DNA of 64,000 nt from contig CAWDVE010000010.1 of the NCBI GenBank assembly GCA_963805625.1, forward strand, positions 1,792,001-1,856,000, written 5' to 3'. The notes below the pieces were generated by a model. That model was not told the DNA's origin, did not search any database, and worked only from the letters and a program-made list of their open reading frames with translations. The stretch is from an uncultured Candidatus Rokubacteria bacterium. GTDB lineage: Bacteria > Methylomirabilota > Methylomirabilia > Rokubacteriales > DASRDR01. Made by a program: the position numbers and the translations under genes. How positions within the stretch are numbered: position 1 is the first letter of the stretch; each line of letters starts with the position of its first letter. Positions 18,879 through 28,758 of the stretch are shown one piece after another.

Positions 18879-20168
18879 CTACCAGATCCGCATCGAGCTC
18901 CGCACGATCGCGTCGAGGTCCCGCGGACCCACGCTCCGCGGCGTGTTCGCCAGCAAGCGGGGCTGCTGGAGGGTGCCCTCGACCAGCGCGGCCGCGTCCC
19001 CCTCGCCGTAGCCGACGGCCGCGAGCCCGTTGGGGATGCCCACGTCCCGCATGAGCGCAACGAGCGCCCGGGGCAGCGCCTCGGGCCGCGCCGTCTCGTC
19101 GAGCTCCCGCACGGGCACGCCGAGGAGCTCGGCCGCCCGGAGATGCCGCTCGGGCGCAGTCGCGTAGGTGAACCGGAACGCCGCGGGCGCGGTGAGGATC
19201 ACCGACATGCCGTGCGGGACGAGCGCGTGACCCTGCGGATAGCCGGGCGGCCGGAAGTCCCGCACGAGCCCCGCGATCGGGTACGCGATCGCGTGCGGCA
19301 GGTGCACGCCCGCGTTGCCGAACCCGATCCCCGCGTAGTTCGCCGCCAGGGCGAGGTACGTCCGGGCCTCGAGGTCCATCCCGTTCAGCACCGCGCGCCG
19401 GAGATAGCGCCCGACGAGCTCGATGGCCTTCTCGCACCAGACGTCGCTCGCCGGGTTGGCGCCGATGTAGGCCGGCCGGTCCGGCGGATGGTGCTTGGGG
19501 CGCGCGTCGTAGGGCCGCGTCGTGTAGGACTCAATCGCGTGGGTGAGGATGTCGGCGCCCGCCGCCGCGGTCACCTCCGCCGGCGCCGTCAGCGTGCTCA
19601 GCGGATCGACGACGCCGAGCGTCGGGCGCAGGAGCCGGCTCGAGACCCCGGCCTTGACGTGCTGAGCGACCACGTGGGTCACGAGGACGGCCGTGGTCTC
19701 GCTGCCGGTGCCGGCGGTCGTGGGCATGGCGATGAGAGGCTTGAGCGGGCCAGGGACCGGCACGCCCCGGCCGACGGGCTTGTTCACGTAGTCCAGCAGC
19801 GGGGCCGGGTAGCACGTCAGGAGGTTCACGGCCTTACCCGTGTCGATCGCGCTGCCCCCGCCCACCGCGACGAAGCCGTCGACCTCCTTGGTGCGGGCGT
19901 AGTCGGCGGCCTCCTCCATCGAGCGGTCCGTCGGCTCGACGGCGACGCCGTCGAACACGTCCGCCTTGACGCCCTGCTCGTCGAGGAGCGCGCGCACGCG
20001 GTCGGGGAGCCCGAGCGCGGCGAGGCCGGGGTCGGTGACGATCAGAACCTTCCGCAGCCCGAGGCGGCGCGCGTCGAAGCCGATCTCCTCGGTCGCCCCG
20101 ACACCGAACTTGATCGGCGACATCTCCATGACGAACACGGTCTCGGTCGGCAGCGTGACGCCCTTCAT
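18879..20168 (-). CDS. Hydroxyacid-oxoacid transhydrogenase (Fe-ADH family)
   Basis: GGGSAIDTGK, PTTAGTGSETT, GFGNAGVHLPH and VPHGMSV motifs; TATAAT and GGAGGG upstream. Confidence 0.88.
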   Translation of the reverse strand: MKGVTLPTETVFVMEMSPIKFGVGATEEIGFDARRLGLRKVLIVTDPGLAALGLPDRVRALLDEQGVKADVFDGVAVEPTDRSMEEAADYARTKEVDGFVAVGGGSAIDTGKAVNLLTCYPAPLLDYVNKPVGRGVPVPGPLKPLIAMPTTAGTGSETTAVLVTHVVAQHVKAGVSSRLLRPTLGVVDPLSTLTAPAEVTAAAGADILTHAIESYTTRPYDARPKHHPPDRPAYIGANPASDVWCEKAIELVGRYLRRAVLNGMDLEARTYLALAANYAGIGFGNAGVHLPHAIAYPIAGLVRDFRPPGYPQGHALVPHGMSVILTAPAAFRFTYATAPERHLRAAELLGVPVRELDETARPEALPRALVALMRDVGIPNGLAAVGYGEGDAAALVEGTLQQPRLLANTPRSVGPRDLDAIVRSSMRIW

Positions 20169-20243
20169 GGCGCTCCCTCCGGCGCGGTATGCTTCCGCAG
20201 GCGGATTATAGCGCCGTCGCGGCGGCGGCGCGGGGAGGGCCGG

Positions 20244-21677
20244 ATGGGCATTCGACCGGATTCGCACGAGGCGCTGCTCCAGGTCGCGCGGCAGGGCTTG
20301 CCGAGGCGGGAGGGGCGGCCGAAGCGGGTCGTGATCGTCGGGGCGGGCATGGCGGGGCTCGTCGCCGCCTGGGAGCTCGCGCGGGCGGGCCACGAGCCGA
20401 TCGTGCTGGAGGCGCGGGCGCGGGTGGGCGGGCGCGTGCACACGCTGCGCGAGCCGTTCACCGACGGGCTCTACGCCGAGGCGGGCGCGATGCGGATCCC
20501 CCGGACCCACGACCTCACCCTCGCCTACTGCGAGCGGTTCGGGCTCAGGCTCACGCCGTTCACGATGAACAACCCGCAGGCGTACGCCCACCTGCGCGGC
20601 CGCCGATGGCGGGTCGGCGAGGTCCAAGAGAATCCCGGCTGCCTCCCGTTCACGCTGGCGGACGCCGAGTGCGGGCGCACGGTCGACGCGCTCTGGGCGG
20701 ACGCGATCGCCGGGTTCACGGATCGCGTCGCGCGCGAGGGGGACGCCGCCTGGGTCGCAATCGTGAAAGAGTGGGACCACTGCTCCACCCGCGAGTTCCT
20801 CGAGCTCTGCCACTGGTCCGAGGACGCGATCGAGGCGTTCGGCCTACTCCAGTTCCAGGAGGCCCTCATGAACTCCTCCTTCCTGGAGCTCCTCCGGGAG
20901 GAGGTCACGCGCTGCTATGTCGACCTGGTCGAGATCGAGGGCGGGATGGACCGGCTGCCGGGCGCGTTCGTCCCCGCGCTCCGCCCCCGCATCCGGTTCG
21001 GCGCGAGGATGATCGCCCTCGACCAGGACGAGCGGTCCGCCACCGTACACTATCAGACCGCGGCCGGGCGGTTCCAGGAGACCGGCGACCACGTCCTCGT
21101 CACGGTGCCCTTTTCCGTCCTGCGACACGTCGAGGCCTTGAAGCCCTTCTCACCCGCGAAGCAGCGGGCCATCCGCCAGCTCCACTACGACGCCTCGGCC
21201 AAGATCCTCTTCCAGTGCCGCCGGCGGTTCTGGGAGGAGGACGATGGCATCCGGGGCGGGGGCACGGCGACCGACCTCCCGATCCGCGCCCTCTACTATC
21301 CGGACCACGGTCGCGAGACCGGTCGCGGGGTCCTCCTGGCGAGCTACACGTGGTCGGAGGACGCCCAGCGCTGGGGCTCCCTCACTCCGAGCGACCGGAT
21401 CGCCCAGGCCCTCGAGAACGTCGCGCTCATCCACCCGCAGGTGACGCAGGAGTTCGAGGTGGGCACCTCCTACATGTGGCACCACGACGAGTTCGCGGGA
21501 GGCGCGTTCGCCCTCTTCGACCCGGGCCAGCAGACGCGCCTCTACGAGGCGATCGTCGCGCCCGAGGGGCGGATCCACTTCGCGGGCGAGCACGCCTCGC
21601 TCGCCCACGCCTGGATCCAGGGCGCGATCGAGTCAGGCCTCCGAACCGCCCGCGAGATCGGGACCGGCGCCCTCTAG
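20244..21677 (+). CDS. Flavin monoamine oxidase / L-amino acid oxidase family protein
   Basis: GAGMAGL, LEARARVGGR, EAGAMRIP and FAGEH...WIQGAIESG motifs. Confidence 0.9.
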   Translation: MGIRPDSHEALLQVARQGLPRREGRPKRVVIVGAGMAGLVAAWELARAGHEPIVLEARARVGGRVHTLREPFTDGLYAEAGAMRIPRTHDLTLAYCERFGLRLTPFTMNNPQAYAHLRGRRWRVGEVQENPGCLPFTLADAECGRTVDALWADAIAGFTDRVAREGDAAWVAIVKEWDHCSTREFLELCHWSEDAIEAFGLLQFQEALMNSSFLELLREEVTRCYVDLVEIEGGMDRLPGAFVPALRPRIRFGARMIALDQDERSATVHYQTAAGRFQETGDHVLVTVPFSVLRHVEALKPFSPAKQRAIRQLHYDASAKILFQCRRRFWEEDDGIRGGGTATDLPIRALYYPDHGRETGRGVLLASYTWSEDAQRWGSLTPSDRIAQALENVALIHPQVTQEFEVGTSYMWHHDEFAGGAFALFDPGQQTRLYEAIVAPEGRIHFAGEHASLAHAWIQGAIESGLRTAREIGTGAL

Positions 21678-22741
21678 AACCAGCGGCGCTTGTCGACGAC
21701 GGTCGCGAGGGGCTCGCTTCGCGCGAAGCGACCAACGTTGTCCAGCAGCACGGCGAGGTGCCGCTCGGCGATCCGCGGCGACGCGCCGGCGACGTGGGGC
21801 GTCAGGATGACGTTCGGCATCGCCCAGAGCGGATGCTCCGGGGGCAAGGGCTCGGTCTCGTACACGTCGAGGCCGGCGCCGCCGATCTCGGCCGCCCGTA
21901 GCGCAGCAACGAGGTCAGCCAGGTCGACGATCGCCCCGCGCCCGATGTTGATCAGATAGGCGCTCGGCTTCATCTGCCGGAACTGCGCGCGGCGGAAGAG
22001 CTTCACCGTCTCGGGTGTGTGGGGCGCGGCGATCACCACGAAGTCGCTCTCCCCGAGGAGGTCGGGCAGCCGGTCCAGACGCCAGAGGGCCGCCACCCCC
22101 GGGGGTGCCGACGCCTGGATCGGGTCGACGGCCAGGACCCGCATTCCGAAGGCGAGCCCGCGCCGGGCGATCTCCGAGCCGATCTGGCCGAGTCCAACCA
22201 CGCCGAGCGTGGCGTCCGCCAGGTGCAAATGGGAGCGGTCGACGGCGCTGACATGCGCGGGCCCCGTAACGAAGTCCGACGGCTCCGCCTTGCCGAGCTT
22301 GTCCTCCACCTGGCGACGGGCGTTGCGCGCCACGGCCCGGACGGAGCTCTCCGCTTTGCCACCGAAGGGCGCCCAGCGGGCCTCGAGCTGGTTCCGGATG
22401 TAGTGGTGGAAGTTCCGCGCAAAGCAAAGGACGTAGCCGAACACGTGGTCGGCGATCACGTCCGAGTAGAGCCCGCGCATGTTCGTGAGCAGGCACGGGT
22501 GCTCCACGAGCTCCGGGAACATGTAGTGCTCGAGACTCGCCGTGGGCGCCTGCACCCAGCGGAGCTGTCGCGCTGCGGCGAGAAGCCCGGGGGTGAGCTT
22601 GCCAAAGAAGGCGTCGGCATCGACGATCGCCGCGCGTGCCTCGCCCTCGTCCCCGGCGTTGATGACGACCATGGAGCGGGCCGCCTCGACGATCTTGGCG
22701 AGGCGCTCCGGCTCGACGGCAGGATGGATGACGAGCTTCAC
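21674..22741 (-). CDS. D-2-hydroxyacid dehydrogenase
   Basis: GVVGLGQIG, INIGRG, LDVYETEPL and TPHVAG motifs; GTG start overlaps the upstream stop. Confidence 0.9.
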   Translation of the reverse strand: MKLVIHPAVEPERLAKIVEAARSMVVINAGDEGEARAAIVDADAFFGKLTPGLLAAARQLRWVQAPTASLEHYMFPELVEHPCLLTNMRGLYSDVIADHVFGYVLCFARNFHHYIRNQLEARWAPFGGKAESSVRAVARNARRQVEDKLGKAEPSDFVTGPAHVSAVDRSHLHLADATLGVVGLGQIGSEIARRGLAFGMRVLAVDPIQASAPPGVAALWRLDRLPDLLGESDFVVIAAPHTPETVKLFRRAQFRQMKPSAYLINIGRGAIVDLADLVAALRAAEIGGAGLDVYETEPLPPEHPLWAMPNVILTPHVAGASPRIAERHLAVLLDNVGRFARSEPLATVVDKRRWF

Positions 22742-24060
22742 GCGCAGGGCTCCTTCGTGGACTCCGGGGACTCTTGGGACTCTTGGGACTTTGGGGACGG
22801 GGTAGTGCCGGCCGATGCAGCCGAGCCGGATGTGTCGATGTCGAAGTCGAGCCGCCGGTGGGCCGCCCGGAGAGCTTCCTCGACGGCCTCGGGCGAATCC
22901 GCCCGCGCGAGAAGGAAGCCGAGATAGCGCGACCCCTCGGGGAGCGGGACCAGCTCCTGGCCGACGTGGGCGCTGATCGTCACCTCCTCGATCCCCGGGA
23001 CGGCGAGGGCCGCCTCGCGGCCCCGCACGGCCCGGAGCACCCCGGCGCGGGGGATGGGGATCATCATGACGGCGGCCGGCTGCCGCTCTCGCTCGAGCGA
23101 GTCGAGCTCGATCCCGAGCGCGTGGCGGATGACCAGCTCCTCCAGGGACAGGCCCGCCCCGAAGCGCAGCGTGCGCGAGCAGAGGCCGCCGATCGTGCGG
23201 GCGGCAAGCTCGATCATCCACGGCCCCTCGTCGTTCACGCGGAGCTCGGCGTGGACCGGCCCCTCCGCAAGCCCGAGCGCCCGGGCCGCCCAGCGCGCCT
23301 CGGCCGCGATCGCGAGCTGGACGTCGGGGGACAGGCGCGAGGGCGTCACGTAGATCGTCTCCTCGAAGTACGGCCCATCGAGCGGGTCGGGCTTGTCGAA
23401 GAGCGCCAGGACGTGGAGCTCGCCCCCGACCAGGAGCCCTTCGAGCGCGACCTCGCGGCCGGGAATGAAGTCCTCGACCAGCATCTCCTCCCGCCCCTCG
23501 CCGAGCTCCGCCGAATCCGGCGAGCCGAGGATCGCCGCGATCCGGCGAAAGGCGGCGACGAAGGAGTGCGCGTCATCGGCCCGGATCACTCCGCGGCTGC
23601 CGGCGAGGATCGTCGGCTTGAGAACGCAGGGATACGTCACGCGGTCGGCCGCGGCCTCGGGATCGTCGGAGACGTCGAGCAGCGTGAAGCGCGGCGACCG
23701 AACGCCGGCCCGGGCGAAGGCCTCGCGCATCCGGTGCTTGTTGCGGGTCGTGGAGACGGCCTCGAGGGAGCTCGATCGGAGACCGAGGCGCTCGGCGATG
23801 GCGGCCCCGACGACCGTGGTGCGGTCGTCGACGGGGACCACGGCGTCGACCGGGTGGCGTCGCGCGAACTCCGCCACCGTCCTCGCCGCCTTGATCCTAT
23901 CGCCAAAGTCGAGGGTGAGGAGGTTGTCCGGTAGCGCGGATTCGAGGACGTTCGGCCGCTCCGACGCGACCACGAGCTCGACGTCGAGCTTCGCCGCCGC
24001 GGCGACGAAGTCCTCCGTGCGGTACGTCGTCGTCGGGATCAGGAGAAGCAGGCGCAGCAT
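22738..24060 (-). CDS. ATP-grasp domain protein
   Basis: NKHRMR, VLKP...GSRGV, VEDFIPGRE, HAELR and IELAARTIGG motifs. Confidence 0.88.
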   Translation of the reverse strand: MLRLLLLIPTTTYRTEDFVAAAAKLDVELVVASERPNVLESALPDNLLTLDFGDRIKAARTVAEFARRHPVDAVVPVDDRTTVVGAAIAERLGLRSSSLEAVSTTRNKHRMREAFARAGVRSPRFTLLDVSDDPEAAADRVTYPCVLKPTILAGSRGVIRADDAHSFVAAFRRIAAILGSPDSAELGEGREEMLVEDFIPGREVALEGLLVGGELHVLALFDKPDPLDGPYFEETIYVTPSRLSPDVQLAIAAEARWAARALGLAEGPVHAELRVNDEGPWMIELAARTIGGLCSRTLRFGAGLSLEELVIRHALGIELDSLERERQPAAVMMIPIPRAGVLRAVRGREAALAVPGIEEVTISAHVGQELVPLPEGSRYLGFLLARADSPEAVEEALRAAHRRLDFDIDTSGSAASAGTTPSPKSQESQESPESTKEPCA

Positions 24061-24143
24061 GCGAGCCCTAGGAACAACGCCCGGCCGGGCCGGGAGACCC
24101 GAGTCCGGGCGCGCGCGCCCAGGGGATCAGGCGGTGAGGCGGG

Positions 24144-24431
24144 TCAGGCCTTCGACGGGGCGTAGTAGGGATTCGTGCCCGAGCCGTGATCCGTGGTGTC
24201 CAGGACCTCGGTGACCTCGGGGATCTCCTCGAAGATCATCCGCTCGATGCCAGCCTTCAGCGTCACGTCCGCCGCGCCGCAGCCCTGGCAGCCGCCCGAC
24301 ATCCGGATGTAGACCGTCGACTCCTTGACGTCGATCAGCTCGATGTAACCCCCGTGGCCCGAGACCGCCGGGTTGATGGCGCTGTCAAGCAGCTCCTGCA
24401 CCTTGTCCTTGAGCGCACCCTCTTCCGCCAT
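24144..24431 (-). CDS. NifU/Nfu-type Fe-S cluster carrier
   Basis: INPAVSGHGGYIEL...MSGGCQGC; GGAGG RBS. Confidence 0.9.
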   Translation of the reverse strand: MAEEGALKDKVQELLDSAINPAVSGHGGYIELIDVKESTVYIRMSGGCQGCGAADVTLKAGIERMIFEEIPEVTEVLDTTDHGSGTNPYYAPSKA

Positions 24432-24524
24432 CCCTGTCCTCCCTCTCGAGCACGACCCCGCCCTCCCGTCACGGCAGGACGGCTCGTGACCCATTCTACC
24501 CCAGGGACGGACTCGCCGCCCTGC

Positions 24525-25976
24525 TCAGAGCGCGCTCCCGACCGGCCGTCCCCGGAGGGCCAACTGGCCCTCGGTGGGCTCCGCTCAGCAGAACCACGGC
24601 TCGGTCAGGCGCGGCGGGCGCGCCCGCTCCGGGAGCACGCGCCCAGCCGGCAGCGTCCGGGGCGGGGCCCCGGCCGTGGCGTCGACACACGCTCGCACCT
24701 GGTCGAACGTGACGGCGTCGTCGGCGTGAGCCTCGGCCGCCGCCTCCACGACCCGGGTGACCTCGGCCTGGAGGGCGTCCATCCGCGGGTCCGGATGGGT
24801 CCAGGTGTAGGAGAACGCTCTCTCGACCAAGGGGCCGAGGTGGGGGCGCATCGCCGGGTGGTCGGTCAGCAGCGAGCCCGGTGGTACCAGGAGCCGGAGC
24901 GAGTACTGGACCGGGTCCACCGCGTCCACCAGGTCCTCGCCGTCCACGAAGTCGACCATCGCCCGGTAGTCGTCGAGCGTCGTCCAGGGGGTGAACGCCA
25001 CCCAGGTGGGCCGGAGCGGGATCCCGACCTGGCGCATCAGCCGGACGAGCTCGACGACGTCGGAGCGCGTGTGGCCCTTGTCGAGGTGCCGGAGCACGGT
25101 GTCGCTGAGTGACTCCACGGCCGAGACCACGAAGGCGCAGCCGAGCGTCCGGAGCTCCGACAGCATCGACCGGTGCCGCAGGAGGTGCTCGACCTTTGCC
25201 GTGAAGTCGAAGCTCACGTGCGGGAATGCCCCGTGGAGGGCCCGAGCCACGGCGAGCGCGTGCCGCGGGCCGTTGAGGAAGTCGGGGTCGCCGATCGTCA
25301 CGTGCGTCGCCCCCGCCTCGACGCACTGGCGAACGTCGGCCAGGACCACGTCCGGCGGGACGACGAAGAAGCGCCCGCCGTACACCGGTGGGATCGGGCA
25401 GTGCCGGCAGAGATGCTTGCAGCCGCGACTCGCCTCCACGTACCCGACCAGTTCAAGCCGCCCGTCGCGCTCGAGCCGCGCGTACTGCTTGAGGGAGGGG
25501 AGCGCCGAGCGACTCGGGACGGGGAAGCTGAGCCGGGCGAGGTGCGGCGTCGCAGGAAGCGCAACTATCCCCACGCCCGGGACGGGCTCGCCGGTGCCGG
25601 CCTCGAGCGTCTCGATGAGCGTCACGAGCGAGGCCTCCGCCTCACCGCCGATCACCGAATCGACGCCGTGGGCCAGCAGGTACTGGGCGTTCAGCTGTGC
25701 GTAGAGGCCGTATGCCACGACGTGACACGAGGGGTTCACGGCGCGCACGCGGCCGATCAGCGCAACGCCGACCCGGAGTGCGGTGTGCATCGGCACGGAG
25801 ACGGCGACGGCCCGCGCGCGCGCCACCTTGTCCGGATCGAAGGGCTCGACCGAGACGTCCATGACGGCTGGCGCGTAGCCGCGCGCCTCGAGGAACGCCG
25901 CCGCCCACGCGACGGCGAGCGGCTGGTGGCCGAGCTCGTAGCACGCGACCAAGAGGACCGCCCCTGGCTCTCGCAT
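24525..25976 (-). CDS. B12-binding radical SAM selenoprotein with CUAEP tail (UGA at 24585-24587 read as Sec)
   Basis: N-terminal cobalamin-binding-like region, RGCKHLCRHC (CxxxCxxC); readthrough gives ...TEPWFC-U-AEPTEGQLALRGRPVGSAL*. Confidence 0.85.
24555..24572 (-). promoter_or_regulatory. Putative bacterial SECIS hairpin
   Basis: GAGGGCCA-GT-TGGCCCTC, beginning 12 nt after the in-frame UGA. Confidence 0.7.
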
Positions 25977-26047
25977 CCTGCTTCTACTCTACCCCCTGCG
26001 GGGCCGGCCCGCCCTTGACGCGCCCCCAAACGCCCGCCTAGCGTCGG

Positions 26048-26483
26048 GTGCGTGCGATCCCGGAACCCGGTCGCGGCGCCGCCCCCCTCACCGTCGTCAT
26101 CCCCATATGTCACGGGTGGCCGGCGATCCGGCCCTTCCTCGACCACCTTCGCGTTCAAGCACTGGCCACGGGCGCAGAGGTCATCGTGGTCGACGGCAGC
26201 ACCGTGCCTGCCCCGCCGGCGGAGGCGCTCTGGCCCGGACTCGTGTGGCTCCGCGAGGCCCGCGCGGGTGTCTTCGCGCTCCGGGCGCTCGCCCGGCGGG
26301 CGGCCGGGGGGGCCATCCTGGCCGTGACGGAGGACCATTGCCTGGTCGCCCCGGACTGGGTGCGCCCGCATCCTCGAGGCGTACGCGAGACATCCGGAGG
26401 CCGTCGCGATCAAGGGCGTCGTGCGGAACCGCAGCCACGGTCGGCTGTGGTACTGCGTTGCTGACACGCTAGCGCTGGGCTAG
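26048..26483 (+). pseudogene. Glycosyltransferase family 2 fragment, frameshifted and truncated
   Basis: LTVVIP...EVIVVDG...TEDHC; +1 frameshift near 26360, after which the other frame continues (C)ARILEAYARHPEAVAIKGVVRN and stops early. Confidence 0.6.
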
Positions 26484-26528
26484 GCTGGGCGCGGGGACGA
26501 CTCGAAGCTCCACACTGAGGGAGGCAGC

Positions 26529-27155
26529 ATGCCCACGGCCAACACGCCCGGTCCGATCCTTCGCGACGAGATGCTCAAGGCTCGGGGTCGCACGGCCTTT
26601 CCCCTCGACCGCGGCCAGACGGTCCGCGTCGTCGACGTAGACGGCCAGCAGGTGGCGGACTTCGTCTGCTTCCGCCGCCCCGATACGAGCGAGAAGCTCT
26701 CGGTCCACAATACGGCCCTCATCCAGGGGACGATTCACATCAGCACCGGGCACCTGCTCCTGTCCGACCGGTGCGGCACCCTCATGACGATCACCGCCGA
26801 CACATGCGGACGTCACGATCTCCTCGCCGGCTCCTGCAGCGAGGGTACCAACCGCTGGCGTTATGGCGTAGCGGACACCCCCAACTGCCGGTCCAACTTC
26901 GAGGCGGCGCTCCGGCCGTTTGGGATCCCCCTGAAGGAGGTCCCCTACAGCTTCAACATCTTCATGAACGTGCCGATCGGTGACGGCAAGATCGGGATCG
27001 AGGAGCCCCTGTCCCGGGCCGGCGACCTCGTCGACCTCCGGGCAGAGTCGGATCTGCTCGTCGCGATCTCGAACTGTCCGCAGGAGCGGAACCCGTGCAA
27101 CGCGTACACGCCGACCCGGTTGCGCGTCGTCGTGTTCGGGCCGCCTCCCGCGTGA
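26529..27155 (+). CDS. DUF1989 / urea-carboxylase-associated family protein
   Basis: DVDGQQVADF, GRHDLLAGSC, NCRSNF, FNIFMNV and SNCPQ..NPCN motifs. Confidence 0.88.
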   Translation: MPTANTPGPILRDEMLKARGRTAFPLDRGQTVRVVDVDGQQVADFVCFRRPDTSEKLSVHNTALIQGTIHISTGHLLLSDRCGTLMTITADTCGRHDLLAGSCSEGTNRWRYGVADTPNCRSNFEAALRPFGIPLKEVPYSFNIFMNVPIGDGKIGIEEPLSRAGDLVDLRAESDLLVAISNCPQERNPCNAYTPTRLRVVVFGPPPA

Positions 27156-27198
27156 CCCCGGGGAGCGCGGCCAGACGGGCGGCGCCCCGGGGAGTCGC

Positions 27199-27957
27199 GT
27201 GAGCTCCTCGCCACCGCCCTCGCAGGTGCGCTTCATCGACCGGGGCGGAGGCGCCCGGCTCGCCTACGTCGCCCAGCCGGGTGCCGGCCCGACGGTGGTC
27301 TTCCTGGGCGGCTACGCGTCCGACATGACGGGCACCAAAGCGCGCTACCTGGAGGGCTGGTGCGGCGCCCGCGGCCAGGCCTTCCTCCGGTTCGATTATC
27401 AGGGCCACGGGCTGTCCTCGGGGCGGCTGGGCGACGGCACGATCAGCGCGTGGCGGAACGACGCGCTCGCAGTTCTCCAGGAGTGCGTCAGCAGCCCGGC
27501 ACTCCTCGTGGGCTCCAGCATGGGCGCATGGGTCATGCTGCTGGCAGCGCTCGCGGTACCGGAGCGCATCCACGCGCTCGTCGGCGTCGCCGCGGCGCCC
27601 GACTTCACCGAGGATCTCCTCTGGGCGAGGCTCGACGACGAGCGGCGCGCCGCCCTCCGGCGGGACGGCGTCATCCACCTCCCGTCCAGCTATGGCGAGC
27701 CCCTTCCCTTCACCTGGCGCCTGGTGGAGGATGGGCGGCGCTACCTCGTCCTTCGCGCGCCCCTCTCCCTGCCCCACCCGGTCCGCCTGCTCCACGGCAC
27801 CCGGGACCTCGACGTGCCGTGGGAGACCTCCATGCGCCTGGTCGAGGCAATCCAGGGCCGGGACGTCACGCTGACGCTGGTGAAGGACGGCGAGCATCGC
27901 CTATCGGAGCCTCACGAGCTCGCGCTGCTCGGTGCCGCCGTTGCAAGCCTGCTCTGA
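27199..27957 (+). CDS. Alpha/beta hydrolase (ABHD10-like)
   Basis: SDMTGTKA, RFDYQGHG, GSSMG nucleophile motif, DGEHRLS. Confidence 0.88.
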   Translation: MSSSPPPSQVRFIDRGGGARLAYVAQPGAGPTVVFLGGYASDMTGTKARYLEGWCGARGQAFLRFDYQGHGLSSGRLGDGTISAWRNDALAVLQECVSSPALLVGSSMGAWVMLLAALAVPERIHALVGVAAAPDFTEDLLWARLDDERRAALRRDGVIHLPSSYGEPLPFTWRLVEDGRRYLVLRAPLSLPHPVRLLHGTRDLDVPWETSMRLVEAIQGRDVTLTLVKDGEHRLSEPHELALLGAAVASLL

Positions 27958-28023
27958 CCGGTGACCACGACAGACTTCCGGCCTCCGGCATCTCCGCCGT
28001 GTCTTCGCTTCGGAGAGGGGCGC

Positions 28024-28722
28024 GTGAGCCGCCCCCTCCAGAACCGCGTGACGCCGTTCGGCGACCTGATCGCCACGCCCGCGCGCGGCACGCTCATGGG
28101 GAATCGCGGCCGCCTCCATGATCCCGACCGGCGGGTCGTGCGGCGGATCGCCGGCGGCTACCGCGCCTGGGTCACGTGCCGGCTCGCGTTTCGCGGCCGG
28201 CACCGTGTGGTGATGGCCCCGAATCGTTACACGGAGCTGTTCTTCCTGGACGAGGCGACGGCGCTGGCGGCCGGCCACCGCCCGTGCGGGGAATGCCGCC
28301 AGGCGGACTTTCGCCGCTTCAAGACAGCCTGGCTCGTCGCGAACCGCGATCGGGGCCTCGGCCCGGACGTCCTCATCGGTGCGATCGACCGCGAGCTCCA
28401 TCGGGACCGGCTGGAGCCCGACGGGCGGCCGCGCTCTCACCTCGCGGAGGTCGACTCGCTCCCCGACGGGGTCTTCGTCGTCCTATCGGACCTCGTCACG
28501 GCACTGCTCGTCTGGCGAGGCGGCCTGGCTCCCTGGTCGCCGGCCGGATACGGAAGGCCTCGGCCGTCGCCTCGCGGCGAGCAGGTCAGGGTCCTGACGC
28601 CGCGCTCCACCGTGGCGGCGATCTCGGCCGGTTACATGCCCGGCGTGCATCCGGGTCTCGCCGACGGGAATGCGGCCGGCGCGCGGCTCCACGCGGCCGA
28701 GCGTCTCCGCCAGGCGGACTGA
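28024..28722 (+). CDS. Conserved hypothetical protein with a CxxC motif
   Basis: LQNRVTPFG...GNRG, YTELFFLDEATALAAGHRPCGECR. Confidence 0.75.
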   Translation: MSRPLQNRVTPFGDLIATPARGTLMGNRGRLHDPDRRVVRRIAGGYRAWVTCRLAFRGRHRVVMAPNRYTELFFLDEATALAAGHRPCGECRQADFRRFKTAWLVANRDRGLGPDVLIGAIDRELHRDRLEPDGRPRSHLAEVDSLPDGVFVVLSDLVTALLVWRGGLAPWSPAGYGRPRPSPRGEQVRVLTPRSTVAAISAGYMPGVHPGLADGNAAGARLHAAERLRQAD

Positions 28723-28758
28723 GCGCTCGTCGAGGACCTCCCCGACTATTCGCCCTCG

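Noticed and set aside
22766-22797. 9-bp tandem repeat (GGGACTCTT) at the ATP-grasp 3' end
   Set aside because: In-frame low-complexity tail (SQESQESPES); unremarkable
26484-26528. Possible guanidine-II (mini-ykkC) riboswitch before the DUF1989 gene (GGGG-ACGA-CTCG)
   Set aside because: Only one weak ACGA-loop hairpin; the motif needs two
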